In this document: one piece after another, positions 39,091 to 50,819 of the stretch
Layout of the letters: every line of letters begins with the position of its first letter
Numbering within the stretch: the stretch's first letter is position 1
DNA from: the human T2T-CHM13v2.0 reference genome, Homo sapiens
Assembly: GCF_009914755.1 (NCBI RefSeq)
Contig: NC_060930.1
DNA: 64,000 nt
Reading direction: 5' to 3' (one strand)
The notes under the pieces: generated by a model
What the model was told of the DNA's origin: nothing
Seen by the model: the letters and a program-made list of their open reading frames with translations, nothing else
Databases searched by the model: none
Translations under genes and position numbers: made by a program

Positions 39091-39166
39091 ATATACATTA
39101 ATCTTAAAATATCATCATCCCATTAAAAATATTTACATTAAAAACTGAGACCACTTTCTGTCCTCC

Positions 39167-39350
39167 TTTTTTTTTTTTTTTCTTTAAATTAAGAGACAGG
39201 GTGTCTCAATGTTGTCCAAGCTGGAGTTCAGTGGCTAGTGGCTATTCACAAGAACGATCATCGCACACAACCTCAAACTCCTGGGATCAAGCAATCCTCC
39301 TGCCTCAGCTTTCCAAGTAGCTGGGACTATAAGTGTGTACCACAGCATGT
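39167..39350 (-). mobile_element. Free Alu monomer (FAM/FLAM-like)
   Basis: Single arm with 7SL-like GGCTATTCACA ... GATCATCGCAC segment. Confidence 0.7.
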
Positions 39351-39625
39351 CAGCTCTCTCTCTCCTTCTTGACCTAAAGCCTAGCATAAAATTAGCTAAG
39401 TAGAATGTTTCCAAAGATGCCTGCATCAGTATCTCCCATCCCACATAATTTCTGTTTGATTTTGCCATTCACCCATAAAATGGTGGGATCTACCTCCCCT
39501 CCTTGCAAATTTGAGCTGGCCCTCTGATCCTGTCTAAGATCTGAAGCCAGATATTAAGGTACTTCATTAATTTCCATGTTTGTCCTCTATGCAACCTAGC
39601 AATCAAGCAAGAAGTCAAAACCTAC

Positions 39626-41740
39626 TGATATAGTTTGGATGTGTCCCCACCCAAATCTCACCTTGCATTGTAATAATTCCCACGTGTCAAGGGTGGGGCC
39701 GGGTGCAGATAACTGAATCATGGGGATGGTTCCCCCCATACTGTTCTCGTGGTAGTGAATAAGTCTCATGAGATCTGATGGTTTTATAAATGGGAGTTCC
39801 CCTGCACATGCTCTCTCCTGCCTGCCACTATGGGAGACATGCTTTTGCACCTCCTTGCCTTCCACCATGATTGTGAGGCCTCCCCAGCCACGCAGAACTG
39901 TGAGTCAATTCAACCTCTTTCCTTTATAAATTACCCAGTCTCAGGTATGTCTTTATTTGCAGTGTCAGAACAGACTAATACAATAAGTTGGTACCAGTAG
40001 AGTGGGGTGCTGCTGTAAAGATACCCAAAAATGTGGAAGCAACTTTGGAAATGGGTAACAGGGAGAGGCTGGAACAGTTTGGAAGGCTCAGAAGAGGATA
40101 GGAAAATGTGGGAAAGTTTGGAACTTCCTAGAGACTTGTTGAACGGCTTTGACCAAAATGTTAATAGTGATATGGACAATAAGGTCCAGGCGGAGGTGGT
40201 TCTCTCAGAGGGAGATGAGGAATTTGTGGGGAAACGGAGTAAAGTCACTCTTACTATGCAAAGACACTGCAGGCATTGTGCACCTGTATTAGAAACAGGC
40301 ATAAGATAGGCGGGAAAGAGTGAAAATAAGAATTTTTTTCTAGAGTTCCCTAGAGATCTGTGGAACTTTGAACTTGAGAGAGATGATTTAAGGTATCTGA
40401 CAGAAGAAATTTCTAAGCAGCAAAGCATTCGAGAAGAAGCAGAGCATAAAAGTTCAGAAAATTTGTAGCCTGATGATGCAACAGAAAACAAAAGTCTATT
40501 TTCTGAGGAGACTGGGTTGTAGAAATTTGCATAAGTAATGAGGAGCCAAATGTTAATCACCAAGACAATGGGGCAAACGTCTCCAGGGCATGTTAGAGAC
40601 CCTCACAGCAGACCCTCCCATCACAGGCCAGGAGGCTTAGAAGGAAAAATGGTTTTGTGGGTCCAGAACCCCCTGCTGTGTGCAGCCCAGGAACTTGGTG
40701 CCCTGCATCCCAGCTGCTCCTGCCATAGGTAAAAGGGGCCAAGGTACACCTCGGGCCATGGCTTCAGAGGGTGCAAGTTCCAAGCCTTTCAGGTTCTAGG
40801 CGGTGTTAAGCCTGCAGATGCACCGAAGTCAAGAATTAACGTTCATGAACCTCCGCCTAGATTTCAGAAGATGTATGAAAATGCCTGGAAATCCAGGCAA
40901 AAGTTTGCTGCGGGGGGGGGGGGCCCTCATGGATAACCTCTGGTAGGGCAGTGTCAAAGGGAAATATGGGGTTGGAGCCCCCACACAGAGTCCCCACTGG
41001 GGTACTGCCAAGCAGAGCTGTGAGAAAAGGGCCACCATCCTCCAGACCCCAGAATGGTAGATCCACTGACAGCTTGCACTGTGTGCCTGGAAAAGCTGCA
41101 GACACTCAATGCAGCCAGAAGGGGGGCTGTACCCTGCAAAGCCACAGGGGCGGGGCTGCCCAAGACCCTGGGAACCCACTTCTTGCATCACCTAGATGTG
41201 ACACATGGAGTCAAAGGAGGTCATTTTGGAGCTTTAAGATTTGCCTGCTGGGTTTTGGACTTGCATGGGGCCTGTAGCTCTTTCGCTTTGGCCAATTTCT
41301 CCCATTTGAAACGAGTGTATTTACCCAATGCCTGTATCCCTGTGTATCTAGAAAATAACTCACTTGCTTTTGATTTTACAGGCTCATAGGTGGAAGGGAC
41401 TTGCCTTGTCTCAGATGAGACTTTGGACTATGGAATTTTGAGTTAATGCTGAAATAAGAGTTTGGGGGACATTGGGGAAGGCATGATTGCTTTTGAAATG
41501 TGAGGACATGAGATTTGGGAGGGGCCGGGGAAGAATTATATGGTTTGGCTCTGTCCCCACCCAAATCTCATCTTGAATTGTAACAATTCCCATGTGTCAA
41601 GGGTGGGGCCAGGTGGAGATAATTGAATCATGGAGGCAGTTTCCCCCATGCTGTTCTCATGGTAGTGAATAAGTCTCATGAGATCTGATGGTTTTATAAA
41701 TGGGAGCTCCCCTGCACGTGCTCTCTCCTGCCCACCATGT
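39626..41740 (+). mobile_element. THE1 (ERVL-MaLR) element: 5' LTR 39626-39982, internal 39983-41535, 3' LTR 41536-~41740 truncated
   Basis: LTR starts TGATATAGTTTGGATGTGTCCCCACCCAAATCTC and TTATATGGTTTGGCTCTGTCCCCACCCAAATCTC; 5' LTR ends CAGACTAATACA; MaLR internal peptide remnant GRGWNSLEGSEEDRKMWESLELPRDLLNGFDQN. Confidence 0.92.
41620..41700 (+). promoter_or_regulatory. DUX4-type motif and TATA-like box in the truncated THE1 3' LTR
   Basis: TAATTGAATCA at 41620-41630 (fits TAAYYBAATCA; the 5' LTR has TAACTGAATCA at 39710-39720); TTTTATAAA at 41692-41700; activity not shown. Confidence 0.5.
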
Positions 41741-41982
41741 CTGACTAAATTTTGTATTTTTACTAGAGACGGGGTTTCACTATGTTGGCCAGGCTGGACT
41801 CCAACTCCTGATCTCGTGATCCGTCCACCCCGACCTCCCAAAGTGCTAGGATTATAGGCATAAGCCACCACACCCGGCCTCTTTTTTTTCTTTTTCTTTT
41901 TTTTATCTGGAGACTCAGTTTTGCACTCGTTGCCCAGGCTGGAGTGCAATGGTGCGATCTCAGCTCACTGCAGTCTCCACCT
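41741..41982 (-). mobile_element. Two partial minus-strand Alus at the THE1/POM121L junction
   Basis: Alu left arm 41741-41878; Alu 3' piece 41880-41982 cut at CAGTCTCCACCTC|AGCAGGAG. Confidence 0.85.
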
Positions 41983-42820
41983 CAGCAGGAGAGCAGGAAT
42001 CTTCAGTGATCCACGGGCAGATCTGCAGCCATTGTGGGCACCTGTTCCTCCCGTGACCTTTGTGCCCGCGTCTCTCCCTCCAGTACCTATTGCACGACCC
42101 CCCCACGTCCGCCTCCTGCCATTGCCAGCAAGTGCCTTGCGCGGGTACCTGGCTGCGCTTATTAATCCATTATGGTCGCTCTGTCACTGGTGCCATTATG
42201 TGCTCACGCGCCCACTCCCTCAGGTTTAGAAGGTGCGTTGCCCGGCAACAGAAGAATCTGCTGGCTTAGCCTTTGGCCGAGTTGGCAGCTGGACGAGGAC
42301 GCTCAGAGCCCAGCTCTCGAGAGTTCAAGCATCCGACGGTTCCCCACTGCTCCCAGGAGCGGTTACCCGGGCACTCTGTGCCCCTCATTCCTGTTTGGGC
42401 CAAGGCCGAGGACCTGCGAGTAGGGCTCAGTTGCCTGGAGCCCCTTCAGCCCATCCCCCAGTTCACTTTGCTTGTGGGATCTCCCCGTTGCTCCTGCCCC
42501 TGGACTGAGTGGCAGGCCATCCTACAAGCACCCGGACACTCGACATCAGTGGTGTCAAGACAACTCTAAGAAGGTTTTCCGTGATCCTGCAAGACCTGTG
42601 TTCCATCCTGGTGATTCTGCCTTCAATTTCACTGCACAGGTACCACAGTAAGCCAGTGCTGTGTGCTCCGAGTTCCAGGGCATCCCCCAGCTCAGCCACT
42701 ACACTGAGCACAAGGACTCTGTGGGGCCCAGGAGCAGGTAGTCACCCCTTTGGGGTCCACAACACCCGGCTGTCCCCAGACTTGTTTCCAGGGAAGATAG
42801 TGTCGAGGGCCCTCAAGGAG

Positions 42821-43458
42821 AGCGGGGCAGGGATGCCTGGGCAGGACAAGGACCCCAGAGTCCAAAAGAATCCTGATGATCAGAGAAGAGTCCCCGAGGT
42901 CACCGGGGATGCACGGTCTGCATTTTGGCCCCTGCGGGACACTGGAGTCCTCTTTCCCTTTGTGCCCAGTCCCGGGCCTCTGCAGACATACCTCCATGCC
43001 CAGAGGTCAGAAATCAGATCCAACCAGACATCCCAGACCACCTGGACGAGCTCGTGCACCAACCAAAATGCCATCTCCAGCTCCTACAGCTCCGCGGGAG
43101 GCTTGCTGGGGCTAAAGTGGAGGAGGGGGCCAGCGGAGCAAAACAGCGGGGCAGGGATGCCTGAGCAGGACAAGGACCCCAGAGTCCAAGAAAATCCTGA
43201 TGATCAGAGAACGGTCCCCGAGGTCACCGGGGATGCACGGTCTACAGTTCGGCCCCTGCGGTACAATGGAGGCCTCTCTCCCTTTGCGCCCAGGCCCGGG
43301 CCTCTGCAGACAGACCTCCATGCCCAGAGCTCAGAAATCAGATATAATCAGACATCCCAGACCTCCTGGACGAGCTCGAGCACCAAACGAAATGCCATCT
43401 CCAGCTCCTACAGCTCCACGGGAGGCTTGCCGGGGCTAAAGCAGAGGAGGGGGCCAGC
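42821..43458 (+). repeat. 324-bp in-frame tandem duplication (108 codons x ~2)
   Basis: AGCGGGGCAGGGATGCCTG(G/A)GCAGGACAAGGACCCCAGAGTCC at 42821 and 43145. Confidence 0.95.
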
Positions 43459-44452
43459 CTCATCCCGCTGCCAGCTGACCCTCAGTTACTCAAAGACAGT
43501 GAGTGAGGACAGGCCTCAGGCTGTCTCTTCGGGTCACACACGGTGTGAAAAGGCGGCAGATACAGCACCAGGGCAGACACTCGCCCCAAGGGGTGGCTCC
43601 CCCAGATCCCAGGCCTCTAGGCCCCGTAGACGCAAGATTGCCCTGCTGCCACGCAGGCGAGGGGAGCCTTTGATGCTGCCACCTCCCTTAGAGCTGGGGT
43701 ACCGGGTCACGGCTGAAGACCTGCACCTGGAAAAAGAGGCGGCATTCCAGCGGATCAACAGTGCGCTGCAGGTTGAGGACAAGGCCATCTCGGACTGCAG
43801 ACCCTCACGGCCTTCCCACACTCTGTCCTCACTTGCAACAGGGGCTTCTGGTGGGCCTCCCCTTTCTAAAGCACCCACTATGGATGCACAGCAGGACAGA
43901 CCCAAGTCCCAAGACTGCCTGGGCCTAGTGGCCCCCCTTGCATCTGCTGCAGAGGTCCCCTCTACAGCTCCCATGTCTGGGAAGAAGCACAGACCACCAG
44001 GACCCCTGTTCTCCTCCTCAGATCCCCTTCCTGCCACCTCTTCCCACTCCCGGGACTCAGCCCAGGTCACCTCGCTGATTCCTGCGCCCTTCACAGCTGC
44101 AAGCATGGATGCCGGCATGAGAAGAACAAGGCCTGGCACGTCGGCTCCTGCAGCTGCCGCGGCAGCCCCTCCCCCCTCCACATTGAACCCCACGTCGGGG
44201 TCACTACTCAAGGCAGTGGATGGAGGCCCTTCACATTTCTGGGCCTCAGCCACAGCTGCAGCAGGTGCCCAGAGGTCAGAAGTGAGATATACCCATAGAT
44301 CCCAGACCTCCCGGACCAGATTGTGCCGCAAACGAAAGGCCAGCTCGAGCTCCCACAGCTCTCCGGAAGGCCTCCCAGAACTAAAGCGGAGGAGGGTGTC
44401 AGCCTCATCCCGCTGCCAGCTGGCCCTCGGTTCCTCAAAGACAGTGAGTTAG
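42833..44452 (+). CDS. Putative POM121-like protein, 539 aa from the first ATG (frame open from 42509); translation unproven
   Basis: ATG at 42833 (MPGQDKDPRV...) in GGGATGC context; stop TAG at 44450-44452, where the other repeat units have GAG. Confidence 0.45.
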   Translation: MPGQDKDPRVQKNPDDQRRVPEVTGDARSAFWPLRDTGVLFPFVPSPGPLQTYLHAQRSEIRSNQTSQTTWTSSCTNQNAISSSYSSAGGLLGLKWRRGPAEQNSGAGMPEQDKDPRVQENPDDQRTVPEVTGDARSTVRPLRYNGGLSPFAPRPGPLQTDLHAQSSEIRYNQTSQTSWTSSSTKRNAISSSYSSTGGLPGLKQRRGPASSRCQLTLSYSKTVSEDRPQAVSSGHTRCEKAADTAPGQTLAPRGGSPRSQASRPRRRKIALLPRRRGEPLMLPPPLELGYRVTAEDLHLEKEAAFQRINSALQVEDKAISDCRPSRPSHTLSSLATGASGGPPLSKAPTMDAQQDRPKSQDCLGLVAPLASAAEVPSTAPMSGKKHRPPGPLFSSSDPLPATSSHSRDSAQVTSLIPAPFTAASMDAGMRRTRPGTSAPAAAAAAPPPSTLNPTSGSLLKAVDGGPSHFWASATAAAGAQRSEVRYTHRSQTSRTRLCRKRKASSSSHSSPEGLPELKRRRVSASSRCQLALGSSKTVS

Positions 44453-46580
44453 GACGGACCTCAGGCTGTCTCTTCGGGTCACACCCGGTGTGAAAAGGCG
44501 GCAGATACAGCACCAGGGCAGACACTCAACCCCAGGGGTGGCTCCCCGTGATCCCAGGCCTCTAGGCCCCGCATCAACAGTGCACTGCACGTTGAGGACA
44601 AGGCCATCTCGGACTGCAGACCCTCACGGCCTTCCCACACTGTCCTCACTTGCAACAGGGGCTTCTGGTGGGCCTCCCGTTTCTAAAGCACCCACTATGG
44701 ATGCACAGCAGGACAGACCCAAGTCCCAAGACTGCCTGGGCCTAGTGGCCCCCCTAGCATCTGCTGCAGAGGTCCCCTCTACAGCTCCCGTGTCTGGGAA
44801 GAAGCACAGACCACCAGGACCCCTGTTCTCCTCCTCAGATCCCTTTCCTGCCACCTCTTCCCACTCCCGGGACTCAGCCCAGGTCACCTCGCTGATTCCT
44901 GCGCCCTTCACAGCTGCAAGCATGGATGCCGGCATGAGAAGAACAAGGCCTGGCACGTCGGCTCCTGCAGCTGCCGCGGCAGCCCCTCCCCCCTCCACAT
45001 TGAACCCCACGTCGGGGTCACTACTCAAGGCAGTGGATGGAGGCCCTTCACATTTCTGGGCCTCAGCCACAGCTGCAGCAGGTGCCCAGAGGTCAGAAGT
45101 GAGATATAACCAGAGATCCCAGACCTCCCGGACCAGATCGTGCCGCAAACGAAAGGCCAGCTCAAGCTCCCACAGTTCTATGGAAGGCCTCCCGGAACTA
45201 AAGCGGAGGAGGGGGCCAGCCTCATCCTGCTGCCAGCTGGCCCTCAATTCCTCAAAGACAGTGAGTGAGGATGGACCTCAGGCTGTCTCTTCGGGTCACA
45301 CCCGGTGTGAAAATAAGGCAGATACAGCACCAGGGCAGACACTCGCCCCCAGGAGTGGCTCCCCCAGATCCCAGGCCTCTAGGCCCCGCATCAACAGTGC
45401 ACTGCATGTTGAGGACAAGGCCATCTCGGACTGCAGACCCTCACGGCCTTCCCACACTCTGTCCTCACTTGCAACAGGGGCTTCTGGTGGGCCTCCCGTT
45501 TCTAAAGCACCCACTATGGATGCACAGCAGGACAGACCCAAGTCCCAAGACTGCCTGGGCCTAGTGGCCCCCCCTAGCATCTGCTGCAGAGGTCCCCTCT
45601 ACAGCTCCCGTGTCTGGGAAGAAACAAAGACCACCAGGACCCCTGTTCTCCTCCTCAGATCCCCTTCCTGCCACCTCTTCCCACTCCCGGGACTCAGCCC
45701 AGGTCACCTCGCTGATTCCTGCGCCCTTCACAGCTGCAAGCATGGATGCCGGCATGAGAAGAACAAGGCCTGGCACGTCGGCTCCTGCAGCTGCCGCGGC
45801 AGCCCCTCCCCCCTCCACATTGAACCCCACGTCGGGGTCACTACTCAAGGCAGTGGATGGAGGCCCTTCACATTTCTGGGCCTCAGCCACAGCTGCAGTA
45901 GGTGCCCAGAGGTCAGAAGTGAGATGTAACCAGAGATCCCAGACCTCCCGGACCAGATCGTGCCGCAAACGAAATGCCAGCTCGAGCTCCCACAGCTCTA
46001 CGGAAGGCCTCCCGGAACTAAAGCGGAGGAGGGTGTCAGCCTCATCCCGCTGCCAGCTGGCCCTCAGTTCCTCAAAGACAGTGAGTGAGGACGGACCTCA
46101 GGCTGTCTCTTCGGGTCACACCCGGTGTGAAAAGGCGGCAGATACAGCACCAGGGCAGACACTCACCCCCAGGGGTGGCTCCCCGTGATCCCAGGCCTCT
46201 AGGCCCCGCATCAACAGTGCACTGCACGTTGAGGACAAGGCCATCTCGGACTGCAGACCCTCACGGCCTTCCCACACTGTCCTCACTTGCAACAGGGGCT
46301 TCTGGTGGGCCTCCCGTTTCTAAAGCACCCACTATGGATGCACAGCAGGACAGACCCAAGTCCCAAGACTGCCTGGGCCTAGTGGCCCCCCTAGCATCTG
46401 CTGCAGAGGTCCCCTCTACAGCTCCCGTGTCTGGGAAGAAGCACAGACCACCAGGACCCCTGTTCTCCTCCTCAGATCCCTTTCCTGCCACCTCTTCCCA
46501 CTCCCGGGACTCAGCCCAGGTCACCTCGCTGATTCCTGCCCCCTTCCCAGCTGCAAGCAGGGATGCCGGCATGAGAAGAA
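43754..46580 (+). repeat. ~819-bp tandem array, ~3.4 copies, with a 1637-bp dimeric higher-order period
   Basis: Marker GTTGAGGACAAGGCCATCTCGGACTGCAG at 43772, 44591, 45408 and 46228 (periods 819, 817, 820). Confidence 0.95.
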
Positions 46581-46742
46581 TGTTTTGTGTTCGAAATTGT
46601 TTGAGCGGTTTGGGTTTATTTTTGTTGGGTTTTTTTTTGTTTTTTTTTTTGCTTACATGGGCATCCTTCAGCTTTTAATAATCTGAAAAATTCTATTTAC
46701 CCATTGTCAATGTGTATAAATTAATCTGAGTCAATTTTATAC

Positions 46743-46748
46743 AATAAA
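46743..46748 (+). terminator. Candidate poly(A) signal for a POM121L transcript
   Basis: AATAAA ~65 nt after the TAA (46676-46678) ending the last POM121L frame. Confidence 0.35.
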
Positions 46749-47494
46749 AGGTGAACTTTTATGCATGAAACAATAATTTAACAAAAAATGTACTGGAAGA
46801 AGAATGTTCATTACAAATATAGGAAACATAAATATTACCAAATATTGGCAAGCACTATAATGTTCAGAAATATAAGTCTATTACAGTTATAGCTCTCTCA
46901 AGCAAAAAAATAGCAGAGAAAAACTTAGTTTACCTTAGGGGCTATTTATTTACTTAGAGATTTGTTAAAAGGTCAAATGGGGTCACACAGAATACTAAGA
47001 AGAGCTGTTCACCCAGGCCTCACTAAGAACTCTTCTTCATTCAGTAGCTATATGGTAATATGACAACTGCTCCTACGACCCAAAGAGGAACTACAGCAAC
47101 TACTCTTTAGCATCTGTTGCTCCCAACTCTGCTTTGCAATTATATGACTCAAGCATTCTGGCTCCGTTAACTATTACTGCTGTTACTCCCAATTAAATTC
47201 CCTCTAAAAAATAAAAATTTTTAAAGCTGCAATTTAAGCTTTCTGCTGCCTCATGACTTCAATTCCATCAGAGTTATGCATTGTTTCCTCTGTACATCTT
47301 TGCTCTGCTTCCATTGCTACTTCCCTAGTAAAGTGTTGTATATTCAAAGTTCCAAAGAAACAGAATATCCAAGACATCACCAATCATCCAAAACACAGTG
47401 TAGGAGGCCACAGTTAAGAGAAGCAAGACCATTAGCTCTTTTTATAGGCTCGAGAACAACAGGATGCTTTGGTCCTGTATCAGCAGGATGCTTT

Positions 47495-47547
47495 TCGGGT
47501 AGATCCTACTGCCACCCTACTATCGGGTAGATCCTACTGCCACCCTA
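47495..47547. repeat. 28-bp-period tandem duplication
   Basis: TCGGGTAGATCCTACTGCCACCCTA at 47495-47519 and 47523-47547. Confidence 0.95.
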
Positions 47548-47770
47548 GCTATGGGCACATGTCAGAGTCCCATGTAATAAAGGAGACAAAAGGAAACCAC
47601 CACGAGTATAAACTAAGAAAAGTACTCCAAGGTTTCTAAGAATGGAGCTGTATAACTCACTTTGCCCCATTTGTTACTTCTCCACGGTACTTACCACCAC
47701 CTATTACGTATATTTTGTTTATAGTCAGTCTTCCCTCATTAGAATGAAAGTTCCGTGAGGATAGGACTAT

Positions 47771-48330
47771 ACAGTCAGCCCTCAGTATCCATGGGGGACT
47801 AGTTTCAGGATCTCCTGAGGATAACAAAGGATACTCAAGTCCCTGATATAAAATGACATAGTATTTGCACATCACCTTTGCACATCCTCCCATATACTTC
47901 ATATCAACTCTAGATCACTCATAATATCCGATGTAAATGTCATGCAAATAGTTATTGTACTATATTGTGTAAGGAATAAGGAGAAGAAAAAAGTCTGTAC
48001 ATGTTCAGTACAGACGCAATTTCTTTTTCCAATATTTCCAATCCTTGGTTGGCTTAATAAACAGATGTAGAACCCAGGAATAAGTTCTGGTGTCCTATTG
48101 CATAGTAGGATGAGTATAGTTAACAATAACGTATCATATATTTGAAAATAGCCAGAAGAGTAGATTTTGAATTTTCTCCCTACAGAAAAATCATTATGCA
48201 AATTACCCTGATTGGATCATTACACATTGAGTACGTGTATTAAAACATCACATTGTACCCCGTATATATGTACAATTATTATGTGCCAATAAAAATTTAA
48301 TGTCAATATGTGAAATAAAATGAAAAAATA
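47771..48330 (+). mobile_element. MER2 (Tigger-type MITE, 47771-~48077) joined to an L1MA 3'-end fragment (~48078-48330)
   Basis: CAGTCAGCCCTCAGTATCCATGGGGGACTAGTTTCAGG start; CAGGAATAAGTTCTGGTGTCCTATTGCATAGTAGG ... TACAATTATTATGTGCCAATAAAAA. Confidence 0.8.
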
Positions 48331-48579
48331 AAAATTTTTAAAGCTGTAATTATCTCCATCTGGTAGGAATATATATAATCTGAAATAAAAAATATATTTG
48401 TAATTGTTAGGACAAAATAAGATTATAGATTATTTTAAGTTTGCAAATTATAAATTATAAAATTCTCACAGAACCTGAAAAATTATTGGTATTGTTAAAT
48501 ATTTAAAAAGCTGCCCTTGGAGAGAAAGAAACCTATCAGATTTACATCAACAAGTGTAATATATCAGCCTATTACCATC

Positions 48580-49593
<1,014 letters not shown>

Positions 49594-49612
49594 CCATCCT
49601 ATAAGCTACAGA

Positions 49613-50125
<513 letters not shown>

Positions 50126-50819
50126 AGACAATATCAAATAAATATAAAGCAGTCTCAACTTTGGAAAAACAGAAGACTCTTACTGCCTCATAATATAGAT
50201 GAAAAATGAAATACTAAGTTGAGTAAAATGTTCTTTAAAGAACAAAAACAAAAGAAAACCTAATGAAAGCTATAAAAGTCCATTGGATAATAATGCTACC
50301 AGTACTAACGAAGTACAGCCCCTAAAAGTGACTTGCAGTCACAAATATAAAAATGACTATTCAAGTGAACTCCTAAAGTAAAAATTTGTTATTCACCATG
50401 CTCCAAAATGGTCTGTAATATTCTTCAGAGATGGCATGGTAAAGTACGATACAAGGGTAATATTAACAGTATGCTGTCACAGGTGCCATTCTCTCAAAAA
50501 AGAAATCCCAAAATAAATATAAACGGAAAGCAAATAATTAATGGAGTTTTTACGGTCAATCAATGGTAAATATTATTGCCATTAGATTTTTCTATTAATT
50601 ATAGTTTTACCTATGATCATGTATTTTTCCATTTAAAAATTACCCTAAAACTTAATGGCTTAAAATAACAAATACGTATGACACAATTTATAGAAGTCAG
50701 GGAAATGATGGATTTGGGTAGGTGGTTCTGACTCGAAGTCTCTCATGAGTAAAGGTTGCTGTCATGTTGTTGACCCAGGCAGCATCCCCTGAAGCCTTTA
50801 ACTTGTGTTGGAAGGTCCA

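Larger units (their letters stand above)
41983..46580 (+). pseudogene. Intronless POM121-like retrocopy (POM121L1-like family) with internal tandem expansions
   Basis: Peptides match the POM121 central region: SAFWPLRDTGVLFPFVPSPGPL (cf. SAFEPLVANGVPASFVPKPGSL), RNAISSSYSSTGG (cf. RNAITSSYSSTRG), RRRKIALLPRRRGEPLMLPPPLELGYRVTAEDLHLEK (cf. [37 protein letters not shown]); no introns; no FG-repeat tail. Confidence 0.92.

Noticed and set aside
39931-41389. ORFs within the THE1 internal region
   Set aside because: Fragmented MaLR internal ORF remnants and antisense frames.
44490-46188. 479-aa and 192-aa plus-strand ORFs as separate genes
   Set aside because: Frameshifted continuations of the same tandem array, with non-ATG listed starts; treated as part of the POM121L pseudogene.
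43534-46572. Long minus-strand ORFs (265, 207, 135, 103 aa) over POM121L
   Set aside because: Antisense shadows of a GC-rich coding repeat; no recognisable homology, and they recur with the repeat period.
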